Virus record (IMG/VR): IMGVR_UViG_3300011261_000048
Span: 29,470 to 93,469 of that record
DNA from: a virus
DNA length: 64,000 nt
Direction: 5' to 3' (one strand)
In this document: piece after piece, positions 34,023 to 44,219 of the stretch
Numbering within the stretch: position 1 is the first letter of the stretch
How the letters are laid out: every line of letters starts with the position of its first letter
The notes under the pieces: generated by a model
The model's database searches: none
Told to the model about the DNA's origin: nothing
Seen by the model: only the letters and a program-made list of their open reading frames with translations
Position numbers and translations under genes: made by a program

Positions 34023-36997
34023 ATGATATATTTAATAACTAATCAAACATCAATAGGTTTAGAAAAAGGTATCAAACAGGCTTCTTTACAGGAGTGTATT
34101 AGTTACCTTTCAGGTATACCTACGCTAGGATTAGATATAGAAACTACTAGGAAGTATAATAAGTATTTTGATTTTGAGGGTTTAGATCCTCACACATCTA
34201 AAATAGTAATGTTACAGATAGGAGATTTACATAATCAATATGTTATTGATACTAGAAATGTAGACATTAGTCCTTTAGTTCCTATGTTTGGTAATAAAGA
34301 TATCACCTTTGTAGGACACAATATAGCCTTTGAGTATAAACATATACTTAAGAACTATGGAGTAAGACTTGCAAAAGTATATGACACTATGATTTCAGAG
34401 CAGTTGCTTAACAATGATGGTGTACAGAAATCCTACTCTTTAAATGCTTTAAATGAGAAGTATTTAGATATTACAGTAGATAAAAGTATTAGGTTAGGTT
34501 TCCTTACTATAGGAGACAGGCCATTTAGTACACATGAAATAATTTATGGTGCTGATGATATTATTAATCCTTTAAGGATAAAGGCTTATCAAGAAGTACA
34601 GATGAGTGCAGAGCATAAGGATATAGAACCTGTGTTTAAATTAGAGATGCGTTTCCTATTAGGTAAGGCAGAGATGGAATATGTTGGAGTACCTTTTAAT
34701 AGGCACATATGGGAAAGTACTTATAATGAAAATTTAAAATTGTTTAATGAAAAAACAGTTGGGCTAAATGAATTTATTATTGCTAACTTCCCTAATAGCC
34801 CATTTATAGAAAGACAATTAGACTTATTTGATGAGTCTACTAAATGTTCTATACAATGGACTTCTTCTAAACAAGTTATAGAATTCTTAAACTTCTTAGG
34901 TATATGTCCTAGAGCAAAATCTAAAACTACTAAAAAGGTTAGAGATACAGCAGAGGCAAAAGAAGTAAGAGCTATACTATTAAGAGATGACCTTAGTGAT
35001 CTAATTAAGGACTTTGTTAAAAGCTACTTAAGTATGAAAGAGTTAGAGCAAAGAGTAACAACTTTTGGTATTAAATTCTTAAAGCATATTAATCCTATTA
35101 CAGGTAGAATACATAGTCATTATAAACAGATACTAAATACAGGAAGAATTTCTAGTAGTGGGCCCAATAACCAAAACATACCTGCTCAACATGAGTTTAG
35201 GAGTGCGTTTTGTGCTGATGAAGGCTCTTACTTAGTTAATGCAGATTACAGTGGTTTGACAATTCAACATATTTTACTAACTTTGTAGTAAAATAATACG
35301 TTATGAATCCAATTAATAAATTTACAGAAGAAAAAAATCAAGAAATACTTAGGTTATATGAAGAAGGTATGTCTCAAAAAGACATTGCTATACTTTACAA
35401 CACATATAATACGTCTATACGTAGAGTATTACTAAGAAATAATATAGCTATTAGAAGCAATAAAGAAATACAAAGTTACATTTCAACTAATCCGTTTAGG
35501 TTAGGAGAGGATGAATCTGATTACTTCTTTGGTTTACTAGTAGCTGATGGATGTATAAGTGCTAATAGACTTACATTAGGACTAAAAAAAGATGATATTT
35601 ATATGTTATATAGGTATGCTAACTTTTTAGGGACTAAAGTAAACGTAAATAGTTATTTTCATAAAAATCACAATAAATTTCAATATGAAGTTAAAGTTAG
35701 AAATGAAGAGATTACCATATTTTTACAAAAGCAAGCACAATTTATTAATAAAAGTGAAAAATTACAGTTATTTATACCGTTAACATGGGCTATACTTAGA
35801 GGTATAACTGATGGGGATGGGGGTTTTATAAAATTAGGCAAGACTAAAAATCAGTTAAGATGGTTTGTAGTAAGTAAGTCTAAGAAGTTTATTGTACAAA
35901 TTTATGAATTTCTAGTAAAAGAAGGGTATCACCCTACTATTACAGGTAATTATGAAAGTTGTTATTATGTAAACTTATATCGTAAAACAGAATTATGTAA
36001 TTTTTTTAAAGATTTATATCAAGATACAGATGTTTACTTAAAACGTAAATATTCTATTTTGGCCACCTTCTATGAGAAATCACTGAAGTAAAACAACCTA
36101 AATTCAGGGAAAGAGAGTATCTTCCAACCCTGAGCAAAATCTATACACCCTAGTGGTAAATTTAAGTATATAGAGATGTGCAGAGACTATAATGGTTGCA
36201 CCTAAACGAGAAAGTTAGACGTAGGTGAAGGGATAGTCCATCCAAGTTGAAGGACGCAAGAGTCAGTGATCTTAGTTAATAATTCTTTAGATGATGATTT
36301 ACTAGAGTTTTATGATAATGGAGGAGGAGATTTGCATAGTTTTGTTGCAAAGAAGATATGGCCAGATTTATTAGGAGGATTATCTCTAGATGAAGTCAAG
36401 GCAGAACATAAAGAAAAGAGACAAATTGCTAAGTCAGCAAACTTTGCCTTAGCCTATGGAGGTAATGGTTTTACTATTGCATCTAATTTAGGTATATCTG
36501 CTGCAGAAGGAGATAGAGTTTATGAGGATTATTTTAAGGCCTTTCCAGGATTAAAGACTTACTTTGAAAGTGTAGTTAAGCAATCATTGGCACAAGGGTA
36601 CATACTTATTGATCCTCATACAAAAAGAAAGTTTTTCTTTCCTTATATTAATGAATACTATAAGTATCAATATCAAGGTAATAAAAGAAAGGCTGATGAA
36701 TTAGAAGGTAAAATGTCTAGGGCAGCTATGAATTATTGTATTCAAGGTGCTGCAGGAAGTATGACAAAATATGCCATTGTATTAATTTATGAATGGTTAC
36801 TAGGTAATAAAGAATTACTAGAAAATATAAAATTAGTATTAACAGTCCATGATGAAATAATTCTAGAAGCTAAAGAAGGCTACCAAGACATTGCAAAAGA
36901 AAAACTATCTCACTATATGGTAGAGGCAGGAAGTGTGTGGTGTAAAAGAGTACCTATTAAGGCTGATGCTGTGATTTCAACAATATGGGAACATTAA
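34023..36997 (+). CDS. polA: Family A DNA polymerase, exons 34023-35255 and 36257-36997
   Basis: Exonuclease DIET; splicing restores motif A DYSG|QE; motif B RQIAKSANFALAYG; motif C TVHDE. Confidence 0.93.
35256..36256 (+). mobile_element. Group I intron in polA
   Basis: Exon ends in U, intron ends in G; guide GGCCAC near 36061; core words GCAGAGACTA and GGGATAGTCC. Confidence 0.9.
35303..36091 (+). CDS. Intron-encoded LAGLIDADG homing endonuclease with N-terminal HTH
   Basis: FFGLLVADG and ILRGITDGDG motifs. Confidence 0.9.
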   Translation: MNPINKFTEEKNQEILRLYEEGMSQKDIAILYNTYNTSIRRVLLRNNIAIRSNKEIQSYISTNPFRLGEDESDYFFGLLVADGCISANRLTLGLKKDDIYMLYRYANFLGTKVNVNSYFHKNHNKFQYEVKVRNEEITIFLQKQAQFINKSEKLQLFIPLTWAILRGITDGDGGFIKLGKTKNQLRWFVVSKSKKFIVQIYEFLVKEGYHPTITGNYESCYYVNLYRKTELCNFFKDLYQDTDVYLKRKYSILATFYEKSLK

Positions 36998-37010
36998 AAA
37001 TTAAAAAATT

Positions 37011-37217
37011 ATGACTATAGAATCAAGACACATAGGCTCTTTTGGAGGTAATGTTGCTGCATGCATTCAGGTAACAGTTACAGATTGGGGTGGAGGCTCT
37101 GCCATTACTGAAGATGTAACAGATTTACATGGGTTTGTAGATATAGAGTTAATTCAGCAGTTAAGAAATTTAGCTGATGAATTAGAAGAACAAAATAACT
37201 TATTAAAAGGAAAATGA
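37011..37217 (+). CDS. Hypothetical protein
   Basis: 68 aa ORF in operon. Confidence 0.6.
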   Translation: MTIESRHIGSFGGNVAACIQVTVTDWGGGSAITEDVTDLHGFVDIELIQQLRNLADELEEQNNLLKGK

Positions 37218-37399
37218 AATGTCCAAAATGTAAAAGTAAACACTATTGTGGATGTAAGTCATGTAAGCCTAGGAAAGGCATGCATAGATTAAGGTCTAAT
37301 AAAATGAAAGGAGATTTTATAACTTGTGCATATTGCAGAACTAAGTCTCATTTTGATGCCTGGTTAGATGCAGAAGCAGCAACAATAATTAAATTATAA
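37214..37399 (+). CDS. Small zinc-finger protein
   Basis: CPKC, CGCKSC, CAYC. Confidence 0.65.
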   Translation: MKCPKCKSKHYCGCKSCKPRKGMHRLRSNKMKGDFITCAYCRTKSHFDAWLDAEAATIIKL

Positions 37400-37403
37400 T
37401 AAA

Positions 37404-38597
37404 ATGAATAGAAGAGAAGAACTTATAAGAAAGGGACTCAACAGGTGGGTTAAAAATGACTTTAAAGGGATTCTCAATTATGCGACTGGAGTTGGAAAAA
37501 CCTTTGCACTAGTTTTAGCAGTAGAACATGCTGTTAAAGTTGACCCTAGGAGAGCTATATTAATAGTAGCACCTACAAATGTTGTATTAGATGGTATACA
37601 GGAGAATTTCAGAAAATTTAAGAGAGGAAAACTCATTAAATATTGTGATTTCATCTGTTATGCCAGTTTAGTTAACCAATCAGGAGACTATGGATTAGTA
37701 GTCTTTGATGAGATACATCATTTAGTAACAGAAAAGAAGCTAGAATTCTTTAATAATTGTACTTACTCCTATATATTAGGACTAACTGCATCATTAACTA
37801 CAGATCAAGAAGATGAATTACGTTTTTATTGCCCTATAGTTGATAAACTCTCATTGGAAGATGTAGAGGATGAAGGATTTATAGCCAATTTTACTGTTAT
37901 TAATTTTCCAGTAGATTTTACTAAAATGGAAAAGGACCTGTATGATGAGTGTACTAAGAAAATGGAGTGGACTTACGCCACTTATGGTACTCAAGCATGG
38001 TCAGCTATAGGTACTAGGTCTAATCTAGTGTATAATGCTAGTAATAAACTAAAGGTAGTACAATCATTAGTAGATTTATTCCCTGAAGAGTACGGAATTG
38101 TATTCTCATTAAAAAATGAGTATGCACAGAAAGTAGCTGATATATTAGGAACTAACTGTACCTGTATTACAAGTAAAGATAAGGCTAAAAGTCAGACAGC
38201 TAAGTTGAAGTCATTCTTAGATGGTAGACGTAAAGTTAACATAATATCAGCAGTTAAAATGTTTGATGAAGGTGTAACTTTACCTAGGCTATCTTTTGGG
38301 ATAGCATTAGCTAGATATTCTAAAGAGAGGCAGTCTATACAGACTATAGGAAGACTTCTAAGAGCAGATATGGAAGATAAGCACTCTATATTAATTAGAA
38401 CTTATGTTAAGGGCTCAGTAGAAGAGAAATGGGTAAGAGAAAGTCAAAAGAATTTTAATGTTAAATATGTAAATAGTTATGATGAACTTAAAGAAACAAT
38501 TGAAGAAGCCAGAAGTGGCATTAAGCGAACTAGGACTAAAACTGAGATTAATCCAGTTGGAGTATCCAAACTTGGTTACGGCAGAAGAACTATCTGA
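37404..38597 (+). CDS. Superfamily 2 helicase
   Basis: ATGVGKT, DEIHH, GLTAS, DEGV, QTIGRLLR motifs. Confidence 0.92.
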   Translation: MNRREELIRKGLNRWVKNDFKGILNYATGVGKTFALVLAVEHAVKVDPRRAILIVAPTNVVLDGIQENFRKFKRGKLIKYCDFICYASLVNQSGDYGLVVFDEIHHLVTEKKLEFFNNCTYSYILGLTASLTTDQEDELRFYCPIVDKLSLEDVEDEGFIANFTVINFPVDFTKMEKDLYDECTKKMEWTYATYGTQAWSAIGTRSNLVYNASNKLKVVQSLVDLFPEEYGIVFSLKNEYAQKVADILGTNCTCITSKDKAKSQTAKLKSFLDGRRKVNIISAVKMFDEGVTLPRLSFGIALARYSKERQSIQTIGRLLRADMEDKHSILIRTYVKGSVEEKWVRESQKNFNVKYVNSYDELKETIEEARSGIKRTRTKTEINPVGVSKLGYGRRTI

Positions 38598-38724
38598 TAA
38601 AATAGCAGAAGAATTTGAAGTAAACTGTACTCCCCAATTAGTAGAAGACTATTGGAGGCTACATATTCATTTTGGAGATGTAGAAAAACAAAGTAGGGAG
38701 GTGGAATATGGAGTTAGTTATTGA
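38479..38724 (+). CDS. Hypothetical protein
   Basis: 81 aa; bridges the helicase and the next gene. Confidence 0.5.
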   Translation: MMNLKKQLKKPEVALSELGLKLRLIQLEYPNLVTAEELSDKIAEEFEVNCTPQLVEDYWRLHIHFGDVEKQSREVEYGVSY

Positions 38725-39283
38725 TTTTAAGTTGTTAAGAGAAAATAACTTAACACCTGATACCTACTGCCTACTTATGTCTATCTTACTTAAAGAGCCT
38801 TATGAATTTATATCAGGAGACTCTTTAAGAATTACTCTTAATTATTTAGAAAGAGAAGGTTGGTGTAAAGTTACTGAGGAAGAAGTGATACTAAGGCAGA
38901 AGTTCTTGAAACTTGTAGATGCAACTGATACTTCTCCAGGTAATGTAGAATCTTGGATTGATGAATGGCGGGAATTATTCCCTAAAGGAGTTAAGTCAGG
39001 TGGAAGACCTGTTAGAGGAGATAAACAGGGAGTATTGAAAAAGATGAAAGGATTCTGTAAAAAGTATCCTAATTATAAGAAAAAAGATATAATAGATGCT
39101 ACAAAGCTGTATGTTTTTGAAAAGAGTAGAGATAGGTATAACTATATGCAATGTGCAGACTACTTTATTGACAAGAACAATACTTCTTTATTAGCATCTT
39201 TTATTGAAGACTTGGAAGGGAAAGAAAACCCGTTAGAATTAATAACCAAAGGAGGCGGAAGTGCTTTCCATAAAGAGATATAA
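38708..39283 (+). CDS. Putative replication initiator/helicase-loader-like protein
   Basis: N-terminal wHTH-like region; WRELFP and YMQCADYFI; upstream of DnaB. Confidence 0.5.
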   Translation: MELVIDFKLLRENNLTPDTYCLLMSILLKEPYEFISGDSLRITLNYLEREGWCKVTEEEVILRQKFLKLVDATDTSPGNVESWIDEWRELFPKGVKSGGRPVRGDKQGVLKKMKGFCKKYPNYKKKDIIDATKLYVFEKSRDRYNYMQCADYFIDKNNTSLLASFIEDLEGKENPLELITKGGGSAFHKEI

Positions 39284-39712
39284 ATGAAAAAAACAAAATC
39301 AATTGCTAGTACAGTACAGAGAAACTTAGAAAGGTTACATACAATAAGGGAAAGTGTAGAAAATAATCTATACCCAAGTATGGCTACTATTAGAAAAGAT
39401 GTTGGAGGGTCTTCTAGATTCTACCACCACTTAAAGCATAGTAATATACTTATTAAAGTTAATGGTAACTATATATGGAATGATAAAATCCCTGTATCAA
39501 ATACATTAGCAACTACTTTAAGTAAGCAAGTTAGAGCAGATCATGATAAGCGTTTAGAAGCAAATAAGGAACCTATAGTTAAGACACTTAAGGAAGATCC
39601 TACTAGACGTACTTCTCATGTAGTAAGAACTGCTACCAAATCAGATAAGCCTACTAAAGAATCTCGTAGAGAGTTTTCTTTAATGTGGGGATTAATTAAA
39701 TTTAATTATTAA
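39284..39712 (+). CDS. Hypothetical basic protein
   Basis: 142 aa ORF in operon. Confidence 0.6.
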   Translation: MKKTKSIASTVQRNLERLHTIRESVENNLYPSMATIRKDVGGSSRFYHHLKHSNILIKVNGNYIWNDKIPVSNTLATTLSKQVRADHDKRLEANKEPIVKTLKEDPTRRTSHVVRTATKSDKPTKESRREFSLMWGLIKFNY

Positions 39713-39714
39713 AC

Positions 39715-40065
39715 ATGACTAAATTAAATAAAGCAGAAATAGATGCACTTACAGCTAGATTACATCTACTAATTTCAACACAATTACGTGATGAGGATAA
39801 GGCAGTATACGCAAAATTTACATCATTATTTTATAAAACTAAAGAAGGTAAAGTGCTTAAAAAGGCACGTACTCTTTTCCCTGATTTACCAGTAAATAGT
39901 ATACTATTAAAGGAGACTAAGGCAATGGGGTATGTACCTCTTAAACTTAGTATCTACCAGAGGGAAATTAGAAATGAAATAGTATTACTTAATTCTGAGA
40001 AAATAGGTATGACTCAAATCATTAATTTAGTAGCTAAGAAGTATAAAGTAATTATAAAAGAATAG
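39715..40065 (+). CDS. Hypothetical protein
   Basis: 116 aa ORF in operon. Confidence 0.6.
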   Translation: MTKLNKAEIDALTARLHLLISTQLRDEDKAVYAKFTSLFYKTKEGKVLKKARTLFPDLPVNSILLKETKAMGYVPLKLSIYQREIRNEIVLLNSEKIGMTQIINLVAKKYKVIIKE

Positions 40066-41199
40066 ATGAGTACATTTGAAAGAGCCTTAGCTCAAGTAGA
40101 AAGAGGTAGAAATGGAGACAATGTCGGAATTCCTATCCCTTTTGATAGGCTAAGGAGGTATTTACCTAATATTCAGCAATCTACCTATTATCTAATAGGT
40201 GCTGGTACTAAGGTGGGTAAAACTTCTCTTGCAGATGATATATTCTTTTATGGTGCTTATGACCACTATAAGACTCTTAAAGATAAAGATGAATTGGATG
40301 GATTTGAGTTAGATATAGACTATTTCTCTTATGAAATAGATAAACAAACTAAAATCATTAAAGGTATAGGTAGGAAACTGTGGCATGACTACGGTATTAT
40401 TGCAGATGCTAATACAATTTTATCAAGAGGAGAGAATTATTGTGAGGATGAATTATATAGATTAGTAGTAGGATATAGAGAGTATTTTGATGAGATGGAG
40501 GACGTAGTCACTATCCATGACATGCCTGATAATCCTACAGGAATCTTTAAATATATTAACAGTAAAGCAGCACAACATGGTACTATTCATACCAAGAATA
40601 TAAATAAAGACCCTGAAGGTACACCTGTCATGAGATTTGACAGATATGAAATCAATAATCCTAAAAGATATTGGTTAGGCATGGTGGACCATATTGCTTT
40701 GGCAATGGAAGAAAGGAGTTTTAGTACTAAACAAACTATTGATAAGTTATCTCAGTATATGGTAGGCTTCCGTAATAACTACGGGATGAGTCCTGTAATT
40801 ATACAGCAGTTAGCTTTTGATAGTGAATCTGATGAAAGACATAAAACAGGTAGGTTAACTCCTACACTTAAAGATTTTGGAGATAGTAAGTATACTACCA
40901 GGGATGCTAATGTTATTATGACATTATTTAGTCCTTATAGATACAAACTAGAGCAATTTCAAGGGTATAATGTTGCAGCATTAGGTAACAGTTTTAGAAG
41001 CTTAGAAATTCTTGAGAATAGAGATGGAGAACCTAATGTAAATTTAGGTTTAAATTTTATTGGGCCTTGTGGTACTTTTAGAGAACTACCAATGTCCAGT
41101 GAAATGAATACAGCAAGAAATGAGTATGCAGCAAGGCTGGAAAATATAAAATCTAAATACAAGAAAGATGATTCTGGTAATTGGATAATAAGAGCATAA
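40066..41199 (+). CDS. dnaB: DnaB-like replicative helicase
   Basis: GAGTKVGKT, FSYEI, VDHI, IQQL, DFGDS...RDAN, NRDG motifs. Confidence 0.88.
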   Translation: MSTFERALAQVERGRNGDNVGIPIPFDRLRRYLPNIQQSTYYLIGAGTKVGKTSLADDIFFYGAYDHYKTLKDKDELDGFELDIDYFSYEIDKQTKIIKGIGRKLWHDYGIIADANTILSRGENYCEDELYRLVVGYREYFDEMEDVVTIHDMPDNPTGIFKYINSKAAQHGTIHTKNINKDPEGTPVMRFDRYEINNPKRYWLGMVDHIALAMEERSFSTKQTIDKLSQYMVGFRNNYGMSPVIIQQLAFDSESDERHKTGRLTPTLKDFGDSKYTTRDANVIMTLFSPYRYKLEQFQGYNVAALGNSFRSLEILENRDGEPNVNLGLNFIGPCGTFRELPMSSEMNTARNEYAARLENIKSKYKKDDSGNWIIRA

Positions 41200-41200
41200 C

Positions 41201-41297
41201 CCTTAAAGGGACTACGGTGATTGTCTTGGAGAAGACTACTTAAGGTAAACAGTTTATCTAAACTATAAACAACTAAGCTGTAGTCCCTGCCTTAAGG
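41201..41297 (+). ncRNA. Candidate structured intergenic RNA
   Basis: AGGGACTACGG / CTGTAGTCCCT stem enclosing two hairpins. Confidence 0.45.
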
Positions 41298-41323
41298 AAA
41301 TAGAAATTATTAAATATATATAT

Positions 41324-42157
41324 ATGAGCAAAGGAGTGGTATTACCAACAGGTAAACACAAAGTGACAAGGGAAGACCCCAAAGTGATGGTTATTTATGG
41401 ACCACCAAAAGTTGGGAAGACAACATTATTAAGTTTATTACCAAATAACTTAATATTGGATTTAGAGAGAGGATCAGAATATGTAGAAGCAATGTCTATG
41501 TGTATTATAGGATGGATGCCTCCAGTAGGAGAAACCAAAGCCTCTATAGATGCTAGAATGGCTACTGTAGATAGTAATGGAGATGAAAAACCTTCAGAAT
41601 ACTATATTACAGAAGTTGGACAAGGTATTATGAAAGCAGGTAGACCTTATGATTTTATTACTGTAGATACAGTAACAGAATTAGAAGACATGGTAATGCC
41701 TATGGCAGTAGCAATGTATAAATCTTCTCCTATGGGAGGAAATTATGATGGTACTAATGTTAAAGAATTACCTAGAGGTGCAGGTTATTATTATTTAAGA
41801 GAAGCATTTAAAGAAGCAATTGAGAAATTGAAGAAACTTGCTAATAATATAATTTTAGTAGGTCATGTAAAAGATACTTTCATAGATAAGAAAGGAAAAG
41901 AAGTAGCAGCTAAAGATTTAGATCTTACAGGTAAAATTAAATTTACTGTATGTGCTAATGCAGATGCTATAGGTTTCTTACATAGAGGGCCAGATTCAGA
42001 AATTCTGATAAACTTTAAAAGCAATGATGAAATAATGTGTGGAGCTAGATGCAAACACTTAAAAGGTGCTGAAATTAAAGTAGCAGAATACGATGAAGAA
42101 ACAGAAGAATTAGTTAACGTAAAATGGGAATTAATATACCCATCATTAAAAAAGTAA
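41324..42157 (+). CDS. AAA ATPase (AAA_24/Sak4-like)
   Basis: YGPPKVGKT, ILDLERG, ITVDT, LVGH motifs. Confidence 0.85.
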   Translation: MSKGVVLPTGKHKVTREDPKVMVIYGPPKVGKTTLLSLLPNNLILDLERGSEYVEAMSMCIIGWMPPVGETKASIDARMATVDSNGDEKPSEYYITEVGQGIMKAGRPYDFITVDTVTELEDMVMPMAVAMYKSSPMGGNYDGTNVKELPRGAGYYYLREAFKEAIEKLKKLANNIILVGHVKDTFIDKKGKEVAAKDLDLTGKIKFTVCANADAIGFLHRGPDSEILINFKSNDEIMCGARCKHLKGAEIKVAEYDEETEELVNVKWELIYPSLKK

Positions 42158-42160
42158 AAT

Positions 42161-42601
42161 ATGTCAGAAGAGAGAACAGGGCCTGTAACAATTAGTTTGT
42201 CAGGTGTATTAGCAGATTTAGAGAATGGTATTACTAGAAAAGAAGGAGATAAAGGGTATAATCCTGAATTAGGCTCTATTCAAGAAAAGTATAGTATTAC
42301 TAAATCAGATGTAGATGAATTATTTAAACATCCTGCATTAAAAGGTAAGAAAGTAAAAACACCTAAAAAGGTATCATTTGTCATTGTAGATGATAGAGAA
42401 GTTGCCTATGGTTCACCAAGTAAAGCTGGAGAAGCTAGACTTGCAAAGAATATTGCTGAAACACCTGAAGCAGAAGTAGAAACAGATGGTGAGATGCTTA
42501 ATGCAGATGAATCACCTGTTATTAATACAGAAGAAAATAATGATAGTATTGAGGCTACTATCCAACAAGTAGAAGAATCAACAGTTGATTCTCAATTTTA
42601 A
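42161..42601 (+). CDS. Hypothetical protein with acidic tail
   Basis: 146 aa ORF in the replication operon. Confidence 0.65.
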   Translation: MSEERTGPVTISLSGVLADLENGITRKEGDKGYNPELGSIQEKYSITKSDVDELFKHPALKGKKVKTPKKVSFVIVDDREVAYGSPSKAGEARLAKNIAETPEAEVETDGEMLNADESPVINTEENNDSIEATIQQVEESTVDSQF

Positions 42602-42618
42602 TAAATAAAAAAGTAAAT

Positions 42619-43206
42619 ATGAGTTACGGATCAAAAACAGACAGTGAAGGAAATGCTTTAAGAGCAGAAGGAAACATCCCAGTAATAACTGGAGAAAGAG
42701 TAGAAGGGAATGAGTTTGTTTCTTTGGAAATGGCCAAAGATAAGGACGGTAATCTAATGGAGAATAGATCAGTATTAACTATTAAGCAGTCAAATGGGGC
42801 TACTTTTAGAGTTATGTTCTTTGATTCAGAAGAAGATTGGGCTATTAAAAGTACTAATGAGGCTATGCTTCATATTTGTACTAGAATTATGCCTGAAGCA
42901 GATTACTATGCAGCAATTGCAGGTAGTACTACTTTCCAAGCATTTATGACAGCTATTGGAACTAAAGTAATTCCACAGGCAGCAGGTAAGAAGTTTACTA
43001 TGAAGATTATATTGAAACACAATAAATCTTCTGATGCATGGTTTCCAAACTTTCCAAAGTTTCCAAATTATGTTGAATTGGATGGTACTAATCCAACTAC
43101 AATTGGTAAGACTAATCCTAAGTATGACATCTATGCTGTACCAGCTAAAACAGCGATGGCAGCTACACCAGTAGCAGCAGATTCTACTGAAGGAGAGTTA
43201 TTTTAA
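42619..43206 (+). CDS. Putative single-stranded DNA-binding protein
   Basis: Between the AAA ATPase and primase; acidic-aromatic C-terminus DSTEGELF. Confidence 0.55.
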   Translation: MSYGSKTDSEGNALRAEGNIPVITGERVEGNEFVSLEMAKDKDGNLMENRSVLTIKQSNGATFRVMFFDSEEDWAIKSTNEAMLHICTRIMPEADYYAAIAGSTTFQAFMTAIGTKVIPQAAGKKFTMKIILKHNKSSDAWFPNFPKFPNYVELDGTNPTTIGKTNPKYDIYAVPAKTAMAATPVAADSTEGELF

Positions 43207-43229
43207 TAAATAATTAGTACTTTTACTGT

Positions 43230-44219
43230 ATGTACGGTAAAAAAGTAGTTAGTCAGGATAATATTCTTGCATTAATAAATTCCTACGATATATTTAAGAA
43301 GTATATCGTAGGGTTTGTTGATGTAGGTAAGGCATTTAAAAGTGAGTTAAGACCAGATAAATCCCCTACTTGTGTAGTGTTTAAAGGAAATACAGATTTA
43401 CTATATAAAGATTATGCAGTAACAGGAGCATTAAGTTGCTTTGGTTACATTATGCAGAAATATAGTTGTAATTACTTTCAAGCATTAGATATAGTAAACA
43501 GGGATTTTAATCTAGGTTTTGAGTCATCAGTGTCAGACTATGAATATACTCCTACAGCTTCTATTGTCTATAATGTAGATGTATCTAAGATAGAATCAAC
43601 ACCAGCTGATATTAGAGTTAGTGTACGTAATTGGAATGAGAATGATAAATTGTATTGGCATGACCAGTATGAATTTACAGTTAAAGAGTTAGAAATAGGT
43701 AAAGTATACCCTTTAGAGGGGTTTTGGCTTAATGATTCTTACTTTAAAGCACATTCTACAGCATATGGTTACTACTTTGGTTTCAAAGAAGGTAGAGAAC
43801 TATGGAAGATATATCAACCTTATAGCAAGAAAGCTAAATTTTTTACAAATACAGGTCCAGATGATTATCAAGGATTTGATTTACTCCCTGAAACTGGAGA
43901 TAGGTTAATAATTACTAAATCATATAAAGATGTACTAGTCTTAAGGAAACTTGGCATACATGCTATAGCTCCTCAAAGTGAGTCATCTATTATAGATAAA
44001 GATTTTTATGATTACCTACTTACACGTTTCAAAGAAATCAGATTATTATTTGATAATGATAAGCCTGGAATAACAGCAGCTAATAAGTTACAAGAACTAA
44101 TTGGCATACAACACTTTATATTGCCTCAAGATACTAAAGATTGTGCTGACTTTGTACATAAATATAACTACGCTAAGTTATTAGAATATATTAACCGATG
44201 TTGGGAAGTTATGAAGTAG
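43230..44219 (+). CDS. dnaG: DNA primase (TOPRIM)
   Basis: SELR.DKSPT, ITKSYKDV, LFDNDKPG, KDCAD motifs. Confidence 0.88.
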   Translation: MYGKKVVSQDNILALINSYDIFKKYIVGFVDVGKAFKSELRPDKSPTCVVFKGNTDLLYKDYAVTGALSCFGYIMQKYSCNYFQALDIVNRDFNLGFESSVSDYEYTPTASIVYNVDVSKIESTPADIRVSVRNWNENDKLYWHDQYEFTVKELEIGKVYPLEGFWLNDSYFKAHSTAYGYYFGFKEGRELWKIYQPYSKKAKFFTNTGPDDYQGFDLLPETGDRLIITKSYKDVLVLRKLGIHAIAPQSESSIIDKDFYDYLLTRFKEIRLLFDNDKPGITAANKLQELIGIQHFILPQDTKDCADFVHKYNYAKLLEYINRCWEVMK

